A stretch of DNA of 64,000 bases from an uncultured candidatus Porisulfidus sp. (GCA_965199755.1 CBDASZ010000002.1:1-64000), one strand, 5' to 3'. Positions 9,890 to 20,280 are shown, counted from the first letter of the stretch. Made by a program: numbers and translations. The notes: a model not told the origin generated them from the sequence alone.

Positions 9890-10680
9890 CATCAAAAATC
9901 GCCGGCAGATGCAGATCTTGATTAGCAATATGCAACCGGCCACGAAACCACGGGCATGAAATGTCGTACCACGCCCAGCATAGTTCCAGTCCGGACACAT
10001 TCCTTCCCACCAGAAACACCTCCGCTACAAATGCGCTTGCCGCGCCACAGGTTCTGTTCTCCTTTCCCATGAAACCCAACGGTACTGGAGTACAGTTCTC
10101 CCTTGTCTCCGATCCTTCTGCACGGGAATCCATGTGAACTTCGGAACGACAGCCTTGAGTTCGGCCGGCAAGTAGGGCGAGTTTCCCGGAAATGTTCTCG
10201 CAAGGTCGACCTCTGGCCTCAGTCCATGTTCCGGCTTCAGGATGTTGTGCGTGTCTAGATTGTCGGCACTTGCAATCTGAAAATAGACACCCTGTCCCCG
10301 ACCTGACAAGGCCAAGGCAATTGGTAACTTCTTTCACCCCTTCTGTCGCTCCTCTTTCCATACAAAAGAGATCTCTCCTGTATCCGTGCCGAATCATGTC
10401 TCCAGCTCATAATTAAATATTTATTATACATATACTTAGACTTATAGTACGCTACCTAGATGCGTTTTAAAGTGCGCACAAAACTTAATCGCACGGTTTT
10501 CTAACTAGCCAAACAGAGAGCGGTCGAGGTAATCTTGCTGGAGCAAAATTATCTGAGTGGGGTAAGAATGCGATTTTGGAAAGACACGACAACATGGGGG
10601 ACTTGATCAGAGAAATCTGGACATTTGAGCAGTAAAATACCCTGCGGGTACAATCATTGTCCCCGCAAAAACATTGCCTC

Positions 10681-11514
10681 ATGTCGCTCCAGAACATCAT
10701 TGAAGACGCTTTTGAGCAGCGTGACCAAATAACGCCTCAATCAGCGCCGCAGGAAATCCGCGATGCTGTGAATGAAGCCTTGGCCGGCCTCAATGCAGGC
10801 GAGTGGCGCGTCGCGGAACCCACCGCCGACGGCTGGGTTGTCAACGAATGGGCCAAAAAGGCTGTGCTGCTGTCCTTCTGCACCGAGGATAACGTCCTGA
10901 TTGACGGTGGCCACGCACGCTATCACGACAAGATAGCCAACCGTTTTGCGGGAGACTCTGAAGAAGACCTGAAACGCGGCGGCGTGCGAGTCGTGCCGCC
11001 GGCCACCGCGCGCTATGGCAGTTATGTCGCGCCGGGCGTCGTCCTGATGCCGAGTTTTGTCAACATCGGTGCCTACGTGGACACTGGCACCATGGTGGAT
11101 ACCTGGGCCACGGTCGGATCCTGCGCCCAGATCGGCAAAAACGTACATTTATCTGGCGGTGTCGGCATTGGCGGCGTGCTCGAACCGCTGCAAGCCGCGC
11201 CTACTATCATTGAAGACAACTGCTTCATCGGCGCGCGCTCTGAAGTCGTCGAGGGTGTCGTTGTCGAGCGCGGGGCGGTCATCTCGATGGGCGTCTTCAT
11301 CGGCCAGAGCACTCGCATTTATCATCGCGAAAGCAGTGAGATCACCTATGGTCGTGTGCCGGCAGGCGCAGTTGTCGTACCAGGCTCCCTGCCCTCAAGG
11401 GATGGCCGTTACAGTCTGGCGTGCGCGGTCATCGTCAAGCAAGTCGACGAGAAAACCCGGAGCAAAGTCGGCATCAATAACCTGCTGCGTGAGGCGGGGG
11501 AAGAGACGACATGA
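10681..11514 (+). CDS. dapD: Tetrahydrodipicolinate N-succinyltransferase
   Basis: [70 protein letters not shown] at 10681. Confidence 0.97.
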   Translation: MSLQNIIEDAFEQRDQITPQSAPQEIRDAVNEALAGLNAGEWRVAEPTADGWVVNEWAKKAVLLSFCTEDNVLIDGGHARYHDKIANRFAGDSEEDLKRGGVRVVPPATARYGSYVAPGVVLMPSFVNIGAYVDTGTMVDTWATVGSCAQIGKNVHLSGGVGIGGVLEPLQAAPTIIEDNCFIGARSEVVEGVVVERGAVISMGVFIGQSTRIYHRESSEITYGRVPAGAVVVPGSLPSRDGRYSLACAVIVKQVDEKTRSKVGINNLLREAGEETT

Positions 11515-11867
11515 CTACCCTGTACGGCATCCCAAACTGCGACCGGGTGCGTGCCGCCCGGAAGTGGCTGGAGCAACGCGACCTCCCCTATCGTTTTCAC
11601 GATGTTCGTATGGACGGATTGGATCGCTCCCTTGTTCAGGGTTGGCTTGATCAACACGGCATGGACGCGCTGGTCAATCGCCGCAGCACGACTTGGCGAC
11701 AACTGTCGCCCGCGATGCGCGAACACCTGACACCAGACTCCGCGACGGAATTGCTGCTGGCGCAACCGACCTTGCTGAAGCGTCCTGTACTGGAGATTGA
11801 CGACACTTTAATCATTGGATTTGACGAAGCCATGTACAACCGTATGTTGGAGACTGAGTATGTCTGA
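11511..11867 (+). CDS. ArsC/Spx-family protein (YffB-like)
   Basis: [33 protein letters not shown]. It sits between dapD and dapE as usual. Confidence 0.9.
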   Translation: MTTLYGIPNCDRVRAARKWLEQRDLPYRFHDVRMDGLDRSLVQGWLDQHGMDALVNRRSTTWRQLSPAMREHLTPDSATELLLAQPTLLKRPVLEIDDTLIIGFDEAMYNRMLETEYV

Positions 11868-12987
11868 CGTTCTCGAATTGTGTAGCGCGCTGATCGCGTG
11901 CCCGTCAGTGACCCCGAATGATGCTGGCTGCCAGCAGTTGATCGCCGACCATCTCACTCCGCACGGTTTTACGGATGTGCCAATACCCTCTGGCGATGTG
12001 CAAAATCTGTGGCTGCGCCACGGTACGGAAGAGCCCCTGCTCATCTTCCTCGGACACACTGACGTCGTGCCTCCCGGCCCGCTGGACCAGTGGCAAAGTG
12101 ACCCGTTCACTCCCACTGTTCGTAACAATGTGCTCTTCGGACGCGGTGCCGCAGACATGAAAAGCGGCGTGGCGGCCATGGCGATAGCCGCGGCTCGCTA
12201 TGTCGAAAAAAACCCCGAACACAAAGGCTCCATCGGACTACTTCTGACCAGTGATGAGGAAGGGCCTGCCACTGATGGCACTTGCGTTGCGGTGGATCGC
12301 CTGCAATCCCGCGATGAGACTGCCACCTGGTGCATTGTTGGCGAACCCGTTAGCCGCGAGCGCTTCGGCGACGTTATCAAGAACGGACGCCGCGGCTCTC
12401 TGAGCGGACATCTGAGTGTCCGTGGCGTACAAGGCCACGTGGCCTATCCCGACCTGTGTGAGAACCCGATTCATCACACTGCACCCGCATTACTGGAACT
12501 GACGCAAGAGGTCTGGGACGAAGGCAATCAAAACTTCCCGCCGACCTCCTTTCAGTTCTCCAACCTCAACAGCGGCATCGGTGTCGACAATGTCGTCCCG
12601 CCGAACCTGTCCGCGCACTTCAACCTGCGCTATTCTCCGGCAGTGAATGCGGCGCAGTTGCGCGAACGCATATCAGACATTCTCAACAATGCTGAACTGT
12701 ACTATGAAATCGATTGGCTACCCGCGAGTCAGCCCTACCTCACACCTCCAGGCAAACTCACCGAGGTGTGTCAGGAGGCAATCCGTGATGTCGTCGGGAT
12801 TGAGACAGAGTTATCTACCGAGGGCGGCATTTCCGATGGGCGCTTTCTTCGCCCAACAGGTGCCGAAGTTGTAGAAGTCGGCACCGTCAATCGCAGTATT
12901 CACAAAATTAACGAGCATGTGTTGGTCGAAGATCTGGATGCTATGGCCGACACCTACTACGCCATCATTTCCAAATTGCTCGAATAA
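11860..12987 (+). CDS. dapE: Succinyl-diaminopimelate desuccinylase
   Basis: GHTDVVPPG, GRGAADMKS, SDEEG, IKNGRRGSL, GHVAYP, SDGRF, IHKINE. ATG at 11860. Confidence 0.96.
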   Translation: MSDVLELCSALIACPSVTPNDAGCQQLIADHLTPHGFTDVPIPSGDVQNLWLRHGTEEPLLIFLGHTDVVPPGPLDQWQSDPFTPTVRNNVLFGRGAADMKSGVAAMAIAAARYVEKNPEHKGSIGLLLTSDEEGPATDGTCVAVDRLQSRDETATWCIVGEPVSRERFGDVIKNGRRGSLSGHLSVRGVQGHVAYPDLCENPIHHTAPALLELTQEVWDEGNQNFPPTSFQFSNLNSGIGVDNVVPPNLSAHFNLRYSPAVNAAQLRERISDILNNAELYYEIDWLPASQPYLTPPGKLTEVCQEAIRDVVGIETELSTEGGISDGRFLRPTGAEVVEVGTVNRSIHKINEHVLVEDLDAMADTYYAIISKLLE

Positions 12988-13007
12988 CTGGATACCGACA
13001 AGTCGGA

Positions 13008-13826
13008 TCAGCCCAACCTGCTAACCGGATCCCTCGACCGATCCCAGCGCTCCACAAAGTCCTGAAAATGCTCGTGGCCTTCTTCTTCCAGATGGATCTG
13101 CAGGTCGTCGCACAGTGACACATATTCCTCACGCATCAGATTGCCGCGCATAAACTCGAAGCGCAGCATCACCAGATAGGTCATCAGCGCATCCACTTCG
13201 CAGTACTGGCGAATCTCCTCCAGCCGTCCCTCCTGATAGGCCGGCCACACTTCCGCCCCTGAAAGCCCGTATTTGCCGGGGAAGCCCATGGCCGTCACAC
13301 AATCATCCAGACCAACCGCCGCGCGAATGTTGTAGCGGGACAATACGTCCATCAGGTCCAGATGCCGCTCGTGATAGCGGCTGATGTAATTATCAAAGCG
13401 AAAGTCCCGATCATTCGCACCTGTCTCCCAGAACTTGGGCGCGCAGATACCGTGAATCATGGCGCGATAGTTCAGCACCGGCAAATCAAACCCGTTGCCA
13501 TTCCAAGACACCAGCCGTGGCGCGGACGCACGCTCCACCCCCTCATAGAAACTGCTGATCAGTTCTGCCTCACTCGACTCCAGATCACCGAGCGACTTCA
13601 CCAGCACGCCTTGCTGCCGGCTACTGCGGTACACCACCGAGATGCACACCACTCGCTGCGCATGCAAGGGCTGGAACTGATGTCCACCGGTTTTCTGCAT
13701 CCGCACCTGTTCCATGGCGCGCACCACATCCGCATCTGCTATATCTTCATCCATACCAAACTGACGCCGTCCCAAAGACACGTCCGGGATCGTCTCAACA
13801 TCAAACGCCAGCACGTCGCCAATCAT
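13008..13826 (-). CDS. PolB-related DnaQ-like 3'-5' exonuclease
   Basis: LAFDVETIPD, VSWNGNGFDLPVL, HLDLMDVL, YCEVD (DEDD motifs). Its start overlaps the cysM stop (TGATG), the usual position downstream of cysM. Confidence 0.85.
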   Translation of the reverse strand: MIGDVLAFDVETIPDVSLGRRQFGMDEDIADADVVRAMEQVRMQKTGGHQFQPLHAQRVVCISVVYRSSRQQGVLVKSLGDLESSEAELISSFYEGVERASAPRLVSWNGNGFDLPVLNYRAMIHGICAPKFWETGANDRDFRFDNYISRYHERHLDLMDVLSRYNIRAAVGLDDCVTAMGFPGKYGLSGAEVWPAYQEGRLEEIRQYCEVDALMTYLVMLRFEFMRGNLMREEYVSLCDDLQIHLEEEGHEHFQDFVERWDRSRDPVSRLG

Positions 13827-14713
13827 CAGCCGTACACTCCTGAGGACAAGTATCGGTCTCCTCGATCGCACACGATGCTCACCACGACCGAACCCGGCGC
13901 GGCCTCGCGCGCAACCTGCAGCGCCGCGGACATGCAGCCTCCTGAAGAGATGCCAGAAAAAATGCCTTCCCGATGCGCCATCTCACGCATGACTTCCTTC
14001 GCCTCCTGTTGCGTTATTTCAATTTCCCGGTCAATAACAGAGGTGTCCTTGATCTTAGGCACATACTCTTCCGCCCAGTTGCGTATGCCCGGAATCGCAT
14101 CCCCTTTCACCGGCTGCACGCCGATGACCTCAACCGCCGAACTTTGCTCTTTCAGATAGCGGCCGACTCCACTGATTGTCCCCGTGGTGCCCATAGATGA
14201 CACGAAATGCGTGATCTCGCCATCGGTCGCTTCCCACAACTCCGGTCCGGTACTCTTGTAATGCGCGTCGGAGTTATCCGGGTTGTCGAATTGATTGAAG
14301 ACGTGTGCCTCGCCTTTTTCGTGCATCTCCAAAGCGCGATCGCGGGCACCCTCCATGCCCTCTTCCTTACTCACCAGAATGAGTTCCGCACCATACGCCG
14401 CCATTGTCTGACGCCGCTCCAGACTCATGTTCTCCGGCATGATCAGAATCATGCGATAACCGCGAATGGCAGCCGACATTGCCAGTGCGATGCCCGTATT
14501 GCCGCTGGTCGCCTCTACTAGTACATCACCTGGCTTGATCTCGCCGCGGTCTTCCGCCGCGCGAATCATCTGCAAAGCCGGACGATCCTTGACCGAACCG
14601 GCTGGGTTGTCGCCTTCGAGTTTGGCTAACACAGTCACGCCCTCAGGCCCCATGCGCTGCAACCTCACCAGCGGGGTGCCTCCGATGCACGATTCAATGG
14701 TTGGATAATCCAT
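13826..14713 (-). CDS. cysM: Cysteine synthase B (canonical copy)
   Basis: KLEGDNPAGSVKDR (PLP Lys), EATSGNTG, SSMGTTGT, IPGIRNW, CDRGDRYLS. Confidence 0.93.
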   Translation of the reverse strand: MDYPTIESCIGGTPLVRLQRMGPEGVTVLAKLEGDNPAGSVKDRPALQMIRAAEDRGEIKPGDVLVEATSGNTGIALAMSAAIRGYRMILIMPENMSLERRQTMAAYGAELILVSKEEGMEGARDRALEMHEKGEAHVFNQFDNPDNSDAHYKSTGPELWEATDGEITHFVSSMGTTGTISGVGRYLKEQSSAVEVIGVQPVKGDAIPGIRNWAEEYVPKIKDTSVIDREIEITQQEAKEVMREMAHREGIFSGISSGGCMSAALQVAREAAPGSVVVSIVCDRGDRYLSSGVYG

Positions 14714-14721
14714 GTTCTCTC

Positions 14722-15612
14722 CTAGCCATACATCCCTGCGGCCAAGTAGCGGTCTCCCCGATCACACACGATACTGACAACCACAGCACCCGGTGCGGCT
14801 TCACGTGCGATCTGCAGTGCGACGTACAGACAGCCGCCGGAAGAAATGCCGGCGAAAATACCCTCGCGGCTCGCCATCTCGCGCATGACGCTTTCGGACT
14901 CCTTGTAGGTGACGGGAATTTCCTGATCTATTGCGGACATGTCCTTGATCTTGGGAATATAACGCTCCGGCCAGTCTCGTCGCATACCTTGCACCTGCTC
15001 CCCGTCCGCCGGATACACGCCGGTAACTTCAATCGCCTCATTTTGATCTTTCAGATAACGTCCGGTGCCGCTGACCGTCCCAGTTGTCGCCATAGGTGCC
15101 ACGAAGTGTGTCATCTCACCGCCGGTCGCTTCCCATATCTCCGACCCGGTGGTCTTGTAATGCGCCCTCGAATTGCCGGGGTTGTCGAACTGGTTCAACT
15201 GGTAGGCCTCGCCTTTTTCGTGTATCTCCACGGCGATGTCACGGGCGCGCTCCATGCCCTCTTGCTCCGTCACCAGAATCAACTCGGCGCCATATGCTTT
15301 CAGTATCTGACGTTTCTCCAGACTCAAATGCTCCGGCATGATCAGCACTAGGCGGTAGCCTCGAATGGCGGCCGACATCGCCAGCGCAATGCCCGTGTTG
15401 CCGCTGGTCGGCTCAACCAGAGTATCGCCAGGTTTGACATCACCGCGTTCTTCCGCCGCTTGAATCATTTCCAGAGCCGGACGATCCTTGACTGAACCGG
15501 CTGGATTGTCGCCTTCGAGTTTCAGCAGCACCGTCTTGTCCGCAGGCCCCATGCGCTGCAACCGAATCAGCGGTGTACCGCCAATGCAGGATTCAATGGT
15601 CGGATAGTTCAT
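14722..15612 (-). CDS. cysM: Cysteine synthase B paralogue (divergent copy)
   Basis: Same fold motifs (SVKDR, EPTSGNTG, CDRGDRY) but APMATTGT and VQGMRRDW. ATG at 15612 overlaps the pdxJ stop. Confidence 0.8.
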   Translation of the reverse strand: MNYPTIESCIGGTPLIRLQRMGPADKTVLLKLEGDNPAGSVKDRPALEMIQAAEERGDVKPGDTLVEPTSGNTGIALAMSAAIRGYRLVLIMPEHLSLEKRQILKAYGAELILVTEQEGMERARDIAVEIHEKGEAYQLNQFDNPGNSRAHYKTTGSEIWEATGGEMTHFVAPMATTGTVSGTGRYLKDQNEAIEVTGVYPADGEQVQGMRRDWPERYIPKIKDMSAIDQEIPVTYKESESVMREMASREGIFAGISSGGCLYVALQIAREAAPGAVVVSIVCDRGDRYLAAGMYG

Positions 15613-16340
15613 GTCTTCTCCATTGCCTCGCGCACTTCGCGGACGGCTTCTCCCAGCCCCACCATAAGCGCCCGACACACAATCGCATGACCGATATTCA
15701 GTTCGTTCATGCCTTCTATTGTCGCCACTGCCGACACATTGTCCCGGTGCAGCCCATGCCCGGCGTTGATTGTGACACGGCCTTGCCCATAGTCCGCGAC
15801 GCGCCGCAAGCGCTCCAGTTCCTGCTGCTGCGCCACTCCTTGTGCATTCGCATAAGTCCCGGTGTGCAGTTCCACATAAGGAGCTTGCGCCTCCACCGCA
15901 GCCTCCACCGCCTCTTCCTCGGCTTCAATGAATAACGATACTTCAATCCCCGCTTCACGCAGTTGCGCACAAGCCTCATTAATGCGACTGCCGCTGCCAC
16001 GCACATCCAGACCGCCTTCGGTCGTCAATTCTTCGCGCTTCTCCGGCACCAGACAGCAGAAGTCCGGCCCGATGCGGCAGGCGATCTCCAGCATTTCCTC
16101 GGTCGCCGCCATTTCCAGATTCAATGTTCCCCGCACACGCTCGCGCGCCATCTCCACATCGGCCAGTTGAATGTGCCGTCGATCCTCGCGCAAGTGCATG
16201 GTGATACCATCAGCTCCAGCATCCTCCACCGTGCGAATCGCATCAGCAAGATCCGGGTACAAGGTGTGGCGCTGCTCACGCAGTGTCGCGACATGATCCA
16301 CATTCACACCCAACCGTACGGTCGCATCCGTTTTCATCAT
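15609..16340 (-). CDS. pdxJ: Pyridoxine 5'-phosphate synthase
   Basis: LGVNVDHVATLR, HLREDRRHI, LVPEKREELTTEGGLD, NAGHGL, ELNIGH. Confidence 0.97.
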   Translation of the reverse strand: MMKTDATVRLGVNVDHVATLREQRHTLYPDLADAIRTVEDAGADGITMHLREDRRHIQLADVEMARERVRGTLNLEMAATEEMLEIACRIGPDFCCLVPEKREELTTEGGLDVRGSGSRINEACAQLREAGIEVSLFIEAEEEAVEAAVEAQAPYVELHTGTYANAQGVAQQQELERLRRVADYGQGRVTINAGHGLHRDNVSAVATIEGMNELNIGHAIVCRALMVGLGEAVREVREAMEKT

Positions 16341-16434
16341 TCCTCTCCATCATCGCCTCATGCGCATCTATCACACCTGACCATGACCCTCATTGTCAGG
16401 AAGAACGTCTACTACACTCCCTTGCATGCAGAAA

Positions 16435-17145
16435 CTATTTCAATACCTGCATTATATGCCGCGTGCGGATCACATGCGGCGCGACGTGATGATCCATCAC
16501 GTGCCGCATCAACTGGCGCGCTTCCTGGCGCACGCGTCCTGCCAAAGTATCACGCCGCTGCAGCGCCAGCAAAACTGCGCCGCGAACAACCAGATCCTGC
16601 GCTTGCGCCAATTCCACTTCTGAATCCGGTACAGGCTGTGGCATTGCGCCAGGACGGTAGCGGTAATATACCTCCGCTTCAACCGGGCCGTCATCCGTAT
16701 GCTCAAGCGCCACCGCATGGCCAGCCAGACTCAGCAAGTCCAGTTCAATGCCGCGTAGTACGCTTTCCGGGTCCGGTGCCGTGCGTAGACTCTCCAGCGC
16801 CCGCTGGTAGATCGGGTACATCTCATCCGAGGCGCGGTCCTGCGGCAGCAAATAACTGAGAATTTCGTTGACGTACAGCGCATAAATCTGACGCGCCCCC
16901 CCCGTAATCACCGCGGCTCCGGCAACCTCACATTGCTGCAATGTCGGCAGATTCCCTCGCCCGCTCCAAGACACCCGCACCGGCGTTAGACTCGGCAAGG
17001 TGCACGCATTCTTGCCGCTGCGCGCCCCGCGATGAATCATATTGACCCAGCCGTGCTTTCGCACCACCAGCCGGTAGCGCAGACTTGTCTCCCCCCATGG
17101 CTGCACGCGCACCACATACGCATCCATCAACTCAATCTGGCGCAT
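16435..17145 (-). CDS. recO: DNA repair protein RecO
   Basis: AYVV...PWGETS, GAR, WSGRGNLPTL, LYVNE. Position in rnc-era-recO-pdxJ, with a TAATG overlap with era. Confidence 0.85.
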   Translation of the reverse strand: MRQIELMDAYVVRVQPWGETSLRYRLVVRKHGWVNMIHRGARSGKNACTLPSLTPVRVSWSGRGNLPTLQQCEVAGAAVITGGARQIYALYVNEILSYLLPQDRASDEMYPIYQRALESLRTAPDPESVLRGIELDLLSLAGHAVALEHTDDGPVEAEVYYRYRPGAMPQPVPDSEVELAQAQDLVVRGAVLLALQRRDTLAGRVRQEARQLMRHVMDHHVAPHVIRTRHIMQVLK

Positions 17146-18035
17146 TACAACCCGCCGTGATAACTGCGCATCAGGTCGGGATTCTGCTGCCACTTCAGCC
17201 GCACCAGCACGTGCAGGCGCAGCATGACCGGACGCTCCAACAACTGCTCAATGCGAGCACGCGCCGCGGTTCCAATGTCTCGAATGCGCGAGCCGCCGCG
17301 ACCGAGCACAATCTTACGCTGCGACACCCGCTCCACCAGAATCTGCGCGTCAATATGCACGTGCGCGCCGCGCTCGCGGAAATCCTTCACCATCACATGC
17401 GTCGCGTAAGGCAGTTCCTTGTCCAGCTGCACCAGCAACTGCTCCCGAATCAACTCTTCGACAAAGAACCGCTCATGCCGGTCACTTAAATCTTCGGAAT
17501 CGAACAGGTTACCCCGCTGCGGCAAACGCGTCGCCAATAATTTCTTCAGTAACGTACAACCCTCGCCAGTGCGCGCACTGATCGGGACGTATTCCAGAAA
17601 TTCATGCGTCGCCAGTTTCTCAAAATACGGTAGCAACTCCGCCTGATCTCCCATCCGATCAATTTTGTTCGCGCACAGCAAAGTCGGCACCCGCGCTTCG
17701 CGCAGATCTTGCAGCACCCGCTCATCGCGCTCATTCCAGACCGGTGCCTCTACCAAAAAGGCCGCCACATCAACGCGCTCCAACGCCGCGCGCGCATTCG
17801 CATTCAGCAACCGCGACAAGCGGCGCGTACGCCCGCTATGAATGCCCGGTGTGTCGACGAAAACAAACTGAGTCTCGCCTTCCGTCAGAATGCCTTTGAT
17901 ATTGTGCCGGGTGGTCTGCGGCTTGCCTGTGGTCGCGACCAAAGGAGTTTTCAGCAACTTATTGAATAATGTTGATTTTCCAACATTCGGCTTGCCGCAC
18001 AAAGCGACGAATCCGCAACGACTCAATTCAGCCAT
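17145..18035 (-). CDS. era: GTPase Era
   Basis: GKPNVGKSTL, KPQTTR, DTPG, NKID, ELIREQ..ELPY, KH-like domain. Confidence 0.95.
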   Translation of the reverse strand: MAELSRCGFVALCGKPNVGKSTLFNKLLKTPLVATTGKPQTTRHNIKGILTEGETQFVFVDTPGIHSGRTRRLSRLLNANARAALERVDVAAFLVEAPVWNERDERVLQDLREARVPTLLCANKIDRMGDQAELLPYFEKLATHEFLEYVPISARTGEGCTLLKKLLATRLPQRGNLFDSEDLSDRHERFFVEELIREQLLVQLDKELPYATHVMVKDFRERGAHVHIDAQILVERVSQRKIVLGRGGSRIRDIGTAARARIEQLLERPVMLRLHVLVRLKWQQNPDLMRSYHGGL

Positions 18036-18700
18036 TCCGGCCACCGTTTCTGAATTTCTTCAAGCATATGCGCGGCGGCATCTTTCTCCGCGTCACGAAT
18101 GCGCTCCCCTCTTCCGCAGGCGCTCAGATCCAACTTGCTTACCACGCATCGCACCTCAAAGCGTGGCGACTGCTCCCGCATCTCCGCTATTTTCTCGTAG
18201 TACGGAGGCTGATGGCCCTGCGCTGCCAGACATTCCTGCAATCGCGTCTTCGCGTTCACCAGCGCCTGCGCTCCTGATAGCTGCTGCAGATGCGCGCCAT
18301 ACAACTCCAGCACAAACTCCCGGACTCGCCCCATGCCTTCCACCTGATACACCGCCGCAATTATCGCTTCCAGCGCATTCCCTTTCAGTATATTTCTGGC
18401 ATGTTCGGAAAACTTCTGACGCGGATCGACCACCACATGATCGCCCAGCCCTGTTTCACACGCCAGCTGACTGAGCATGGGCCGGCAAACCAGATGTGAG
18501 CGCATACGCGTCAGATCGCCTTCCGGCAGTTCGGAAAAGTGCGCATACAAATATTCTGTGATGATCCACCCCAGCAGCGCATCACCAAGAAACTCCTGGC
18601 ATTCGTAATGTTCACTCCCGGCACTGGGATGGGTGCAGGCTCTTCGGAATTCCGGGCTTTTGAGCACCTGCGGGCTCAATGTAACCTCACGCGCGCACAT
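18023..18700 (-). CDS. rnc: Ribonuclease III (divergent signature)
   Basis: EFLGDA, EGDLTRMRS.LV, AKTRLQE dsRBD, AEKDAA. Located between lepB and era. Confidence 0.88.
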   Translation of the reverse strand: MCAREVTLSPQVLKSPEFRRACTHPSAGSEHYECQEFLGDALLGWIITEYLYAHFSELPEGDLTRMRSHLVCRPMLSQLACETGLGDHVVVDPRQKFSEHARNILKGNALEAIIAAVYQVEGMGRVREFVLELYGAHLQQLSGAQALVNAKTRLQECLAAQGHQPPYYEKIAEMREQSPRFEVRCVVSKLDLSACGRGERIRDAEKDAAAHMLEEIQKRWPEWLN

Positions 18701-18706
18701 CAGCCC

Positions 18707-19489
18707 TCACTCAATGCTGCCCAAGCGATCCATGAACGAGACCTCATCACGGCTCAGTGACGCCAACAGGAAGTCGTAATTCATCCATACGTAGAAAGCT
18801 CGCCCCACCAGATGATCTTCCGGCACGAACCCCCAGCGCCGGCTGTCGCTGCTGCGATCGCGATTGTCGCCCATGACCAGATACTGGTTCTCCGGCACCA
18901 CGAATTCGTATTGCCGCTCCGGTGCTCCCTGATCCGTCAGGATGCTGTGCGCACGGCCCTCAATGACTTCCGTATAACGAGTCAGATCCGGGTCCGGCAC
19001 CTGCAGCAACGGGTCAATATACGGTTGAGGCTGAGTTTTCGGGTAGCGCTCGCCGTTGACTTCCAACTGCTTGTCAAAGTAGCGCACCTGATCGCCGGGC
19101 ACGCCTACCACACGCTTGATATAGTCCACCTCGGAATTTTGCGGATAACGAAACACCACCACATCGCCGCGCGCCGGGTCCGCCCCGTCCAGAATCTTGT
19201 TGTGACTTACTGGCAGGCGCAACCCGTAGTGAAACTTGTTGACCAGAATCAGATCGCCGATCAGTAGCGTCGGGATCATCGAGCCTGAAGGAATGCGAAA
19301 CGGCTCCACCACAAAACTACGCAGCACCAACACCAGCACCAGCACCGGAAACAGCGCATACGACCATTCGATGAACCACGGGCGCGACGCATGCGGCATG
19401 GAGCGGCGCAACAACACATGGCCGTAACGCAGTACGCCCGTTACCACGGCCGCCACCACCAAGATCAGTTCCAGGTCAAAGTTCATCAT
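18707..19489 (-). CDS. lepB: Signal peptidase I
   Basis: EPFRIPSGSMIPTL, RGDVVVFRYP, YIKRVVGVPGD, MGDNRDRSSDSR. Confidence 0.96.
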   Translation of the reverse strand: MMNFDLELILVVAAVVTGVLRYGHVLLRRSMPHASRPWFIEWSYALFPVLVLVLVLRSFVVEPFRIPSGSMIPTLLIGDLILVNKFHYGLRLPVSHNKILDGADPARGDVVVFRYPQNSEVDYIKRVVGVPGDQVRYFDKQLEVNGERYPKTQPQPYIDPLLQVPDPDLTRYTEVIEGRAHSILTDQGAPERQYEFVVPENQYLVMGDNRDRSSDSRRWGFVPEDHLVGRAFYVWMNYDFLLASLSRDEVSFMDRLGSIE

Positions 19490-19519
19490 TGTGATTGGCG
19501 ATTTTACGGGGCGAGCATC

Positions 19520-19596
19520 TGGTCGGGGTGAGAGGATTTGAACCTCCGACCACCGCAACCCCATTGCGGTGCGCTACCAGACTGCGCCACACCCCG
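19520..19596 (-). tRNA. tRNA-Pro(GGG)
   Basis: CGGGGTG...GGTTCAAATCC...CACCCCGACCA with anticodon arm CCGCA-ATGGGGT-TGCGG. Usual position after ihfA-merR. Confidence 0.95.
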
Positions 19597-19624
19597 ACAC
19601 GAATGTTTTGTTCCGACCTCGCGG

Positions 19625-19984
19625 TTATTCCCGCAGTATGGCGGCCACCGCTTCCAGATCGGAAAGCGCCTTATCCACCGCCCGTGTGCAGGAAGAGTCC
19701 GAGGTTGATGCAGGCGGTTGCAGCTGCTGCTCATCACCACGCAACTTTTGTCGTACCCCATCCAATGAATAGCCTTGCACCTCGATCATTTCACGGATGC
19801 GCCGTACCAGCGCCACGTCTTCCGGTCGGTAATAGCGGCGTCCCTGACGCCGGATAGGTTTCAGTTTGGGGATCTTCTCACTTTCCCAGTAACGCAGCAC
19901 GTGCACCTTAACGTCGCACATCTTGCTGACTTCGCCGATGGTGTAATAGCGCCTGCCTAGATTATCCAGGTCCGCCTCATCCAT
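19625..19984 (-). CDS. MerR-family transcriptional regulator
   Basis: RYYTIGEVS...HVLRYWE, GRRYY. Conserved neighbour of ihfA. Confidence 0.9.
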   Translation of the reverse strand: MDEADLDNLGRRYYTIGEVSKMCDVKVHVLRYWESEKIPKLKPIRRQGRRYYRPEDVALVRRIREMIEVQGYSLDGVRQKLRGDEQQLQPPASTSDSSCTRAVDKALSDLEAVAAILRE

Positions 19985-19986
19985 GG

Positions 19987-20280
19987 TCAGTCGCTCTCCA
20001 GTACGCGCTGGCGCAACGTCTGCCCGGGCCGGAACGTCACCACGCGCCGTGCCAAAATCGTGACTGCTTCGTTATTGCGAGGATTGCGCCCTGGTCGCGG
20101 TGGCTTGTCGCGCAAAACGAAATTGCCGAAGCCCCATAACTTCACGTCCTCACCCTTGCACAGGGCCTCGCTGAGTTGATCCAGAAAGTCTTCCAGAACC
20201 CGGCGAGACTCCACTCGGTTCAATCCCATTTCACCGGACAGATAGTTTGCCAGATCTGTCCGTGTCAGTGTCCGGTCCAT
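19987..20280 (-). CDS. ihfA: Integration host factor alpha
   Basis: VKLWGFGNF.LRDK..RPGRNP, ARRVVTFRPGQ. Confidence 0.93.
   Translation of the reverse strand: MDRTLTRTDLANYLSGEMGLNRVESRRVLEDFLDQLSEALCKGEDVKLWGFGNFVLRDKPPRPGRNPRNNEAVTILARRVVTFRPGQTLRQRVLESD

Noticed and set aside
9843-10397. 184-aa ORF upstream of the adhesin as a real gene
   Set aside because: Cys/Arg-rich with no recognisable motif and several competing frames. Kept only as a possible leader in the poly-C finding.
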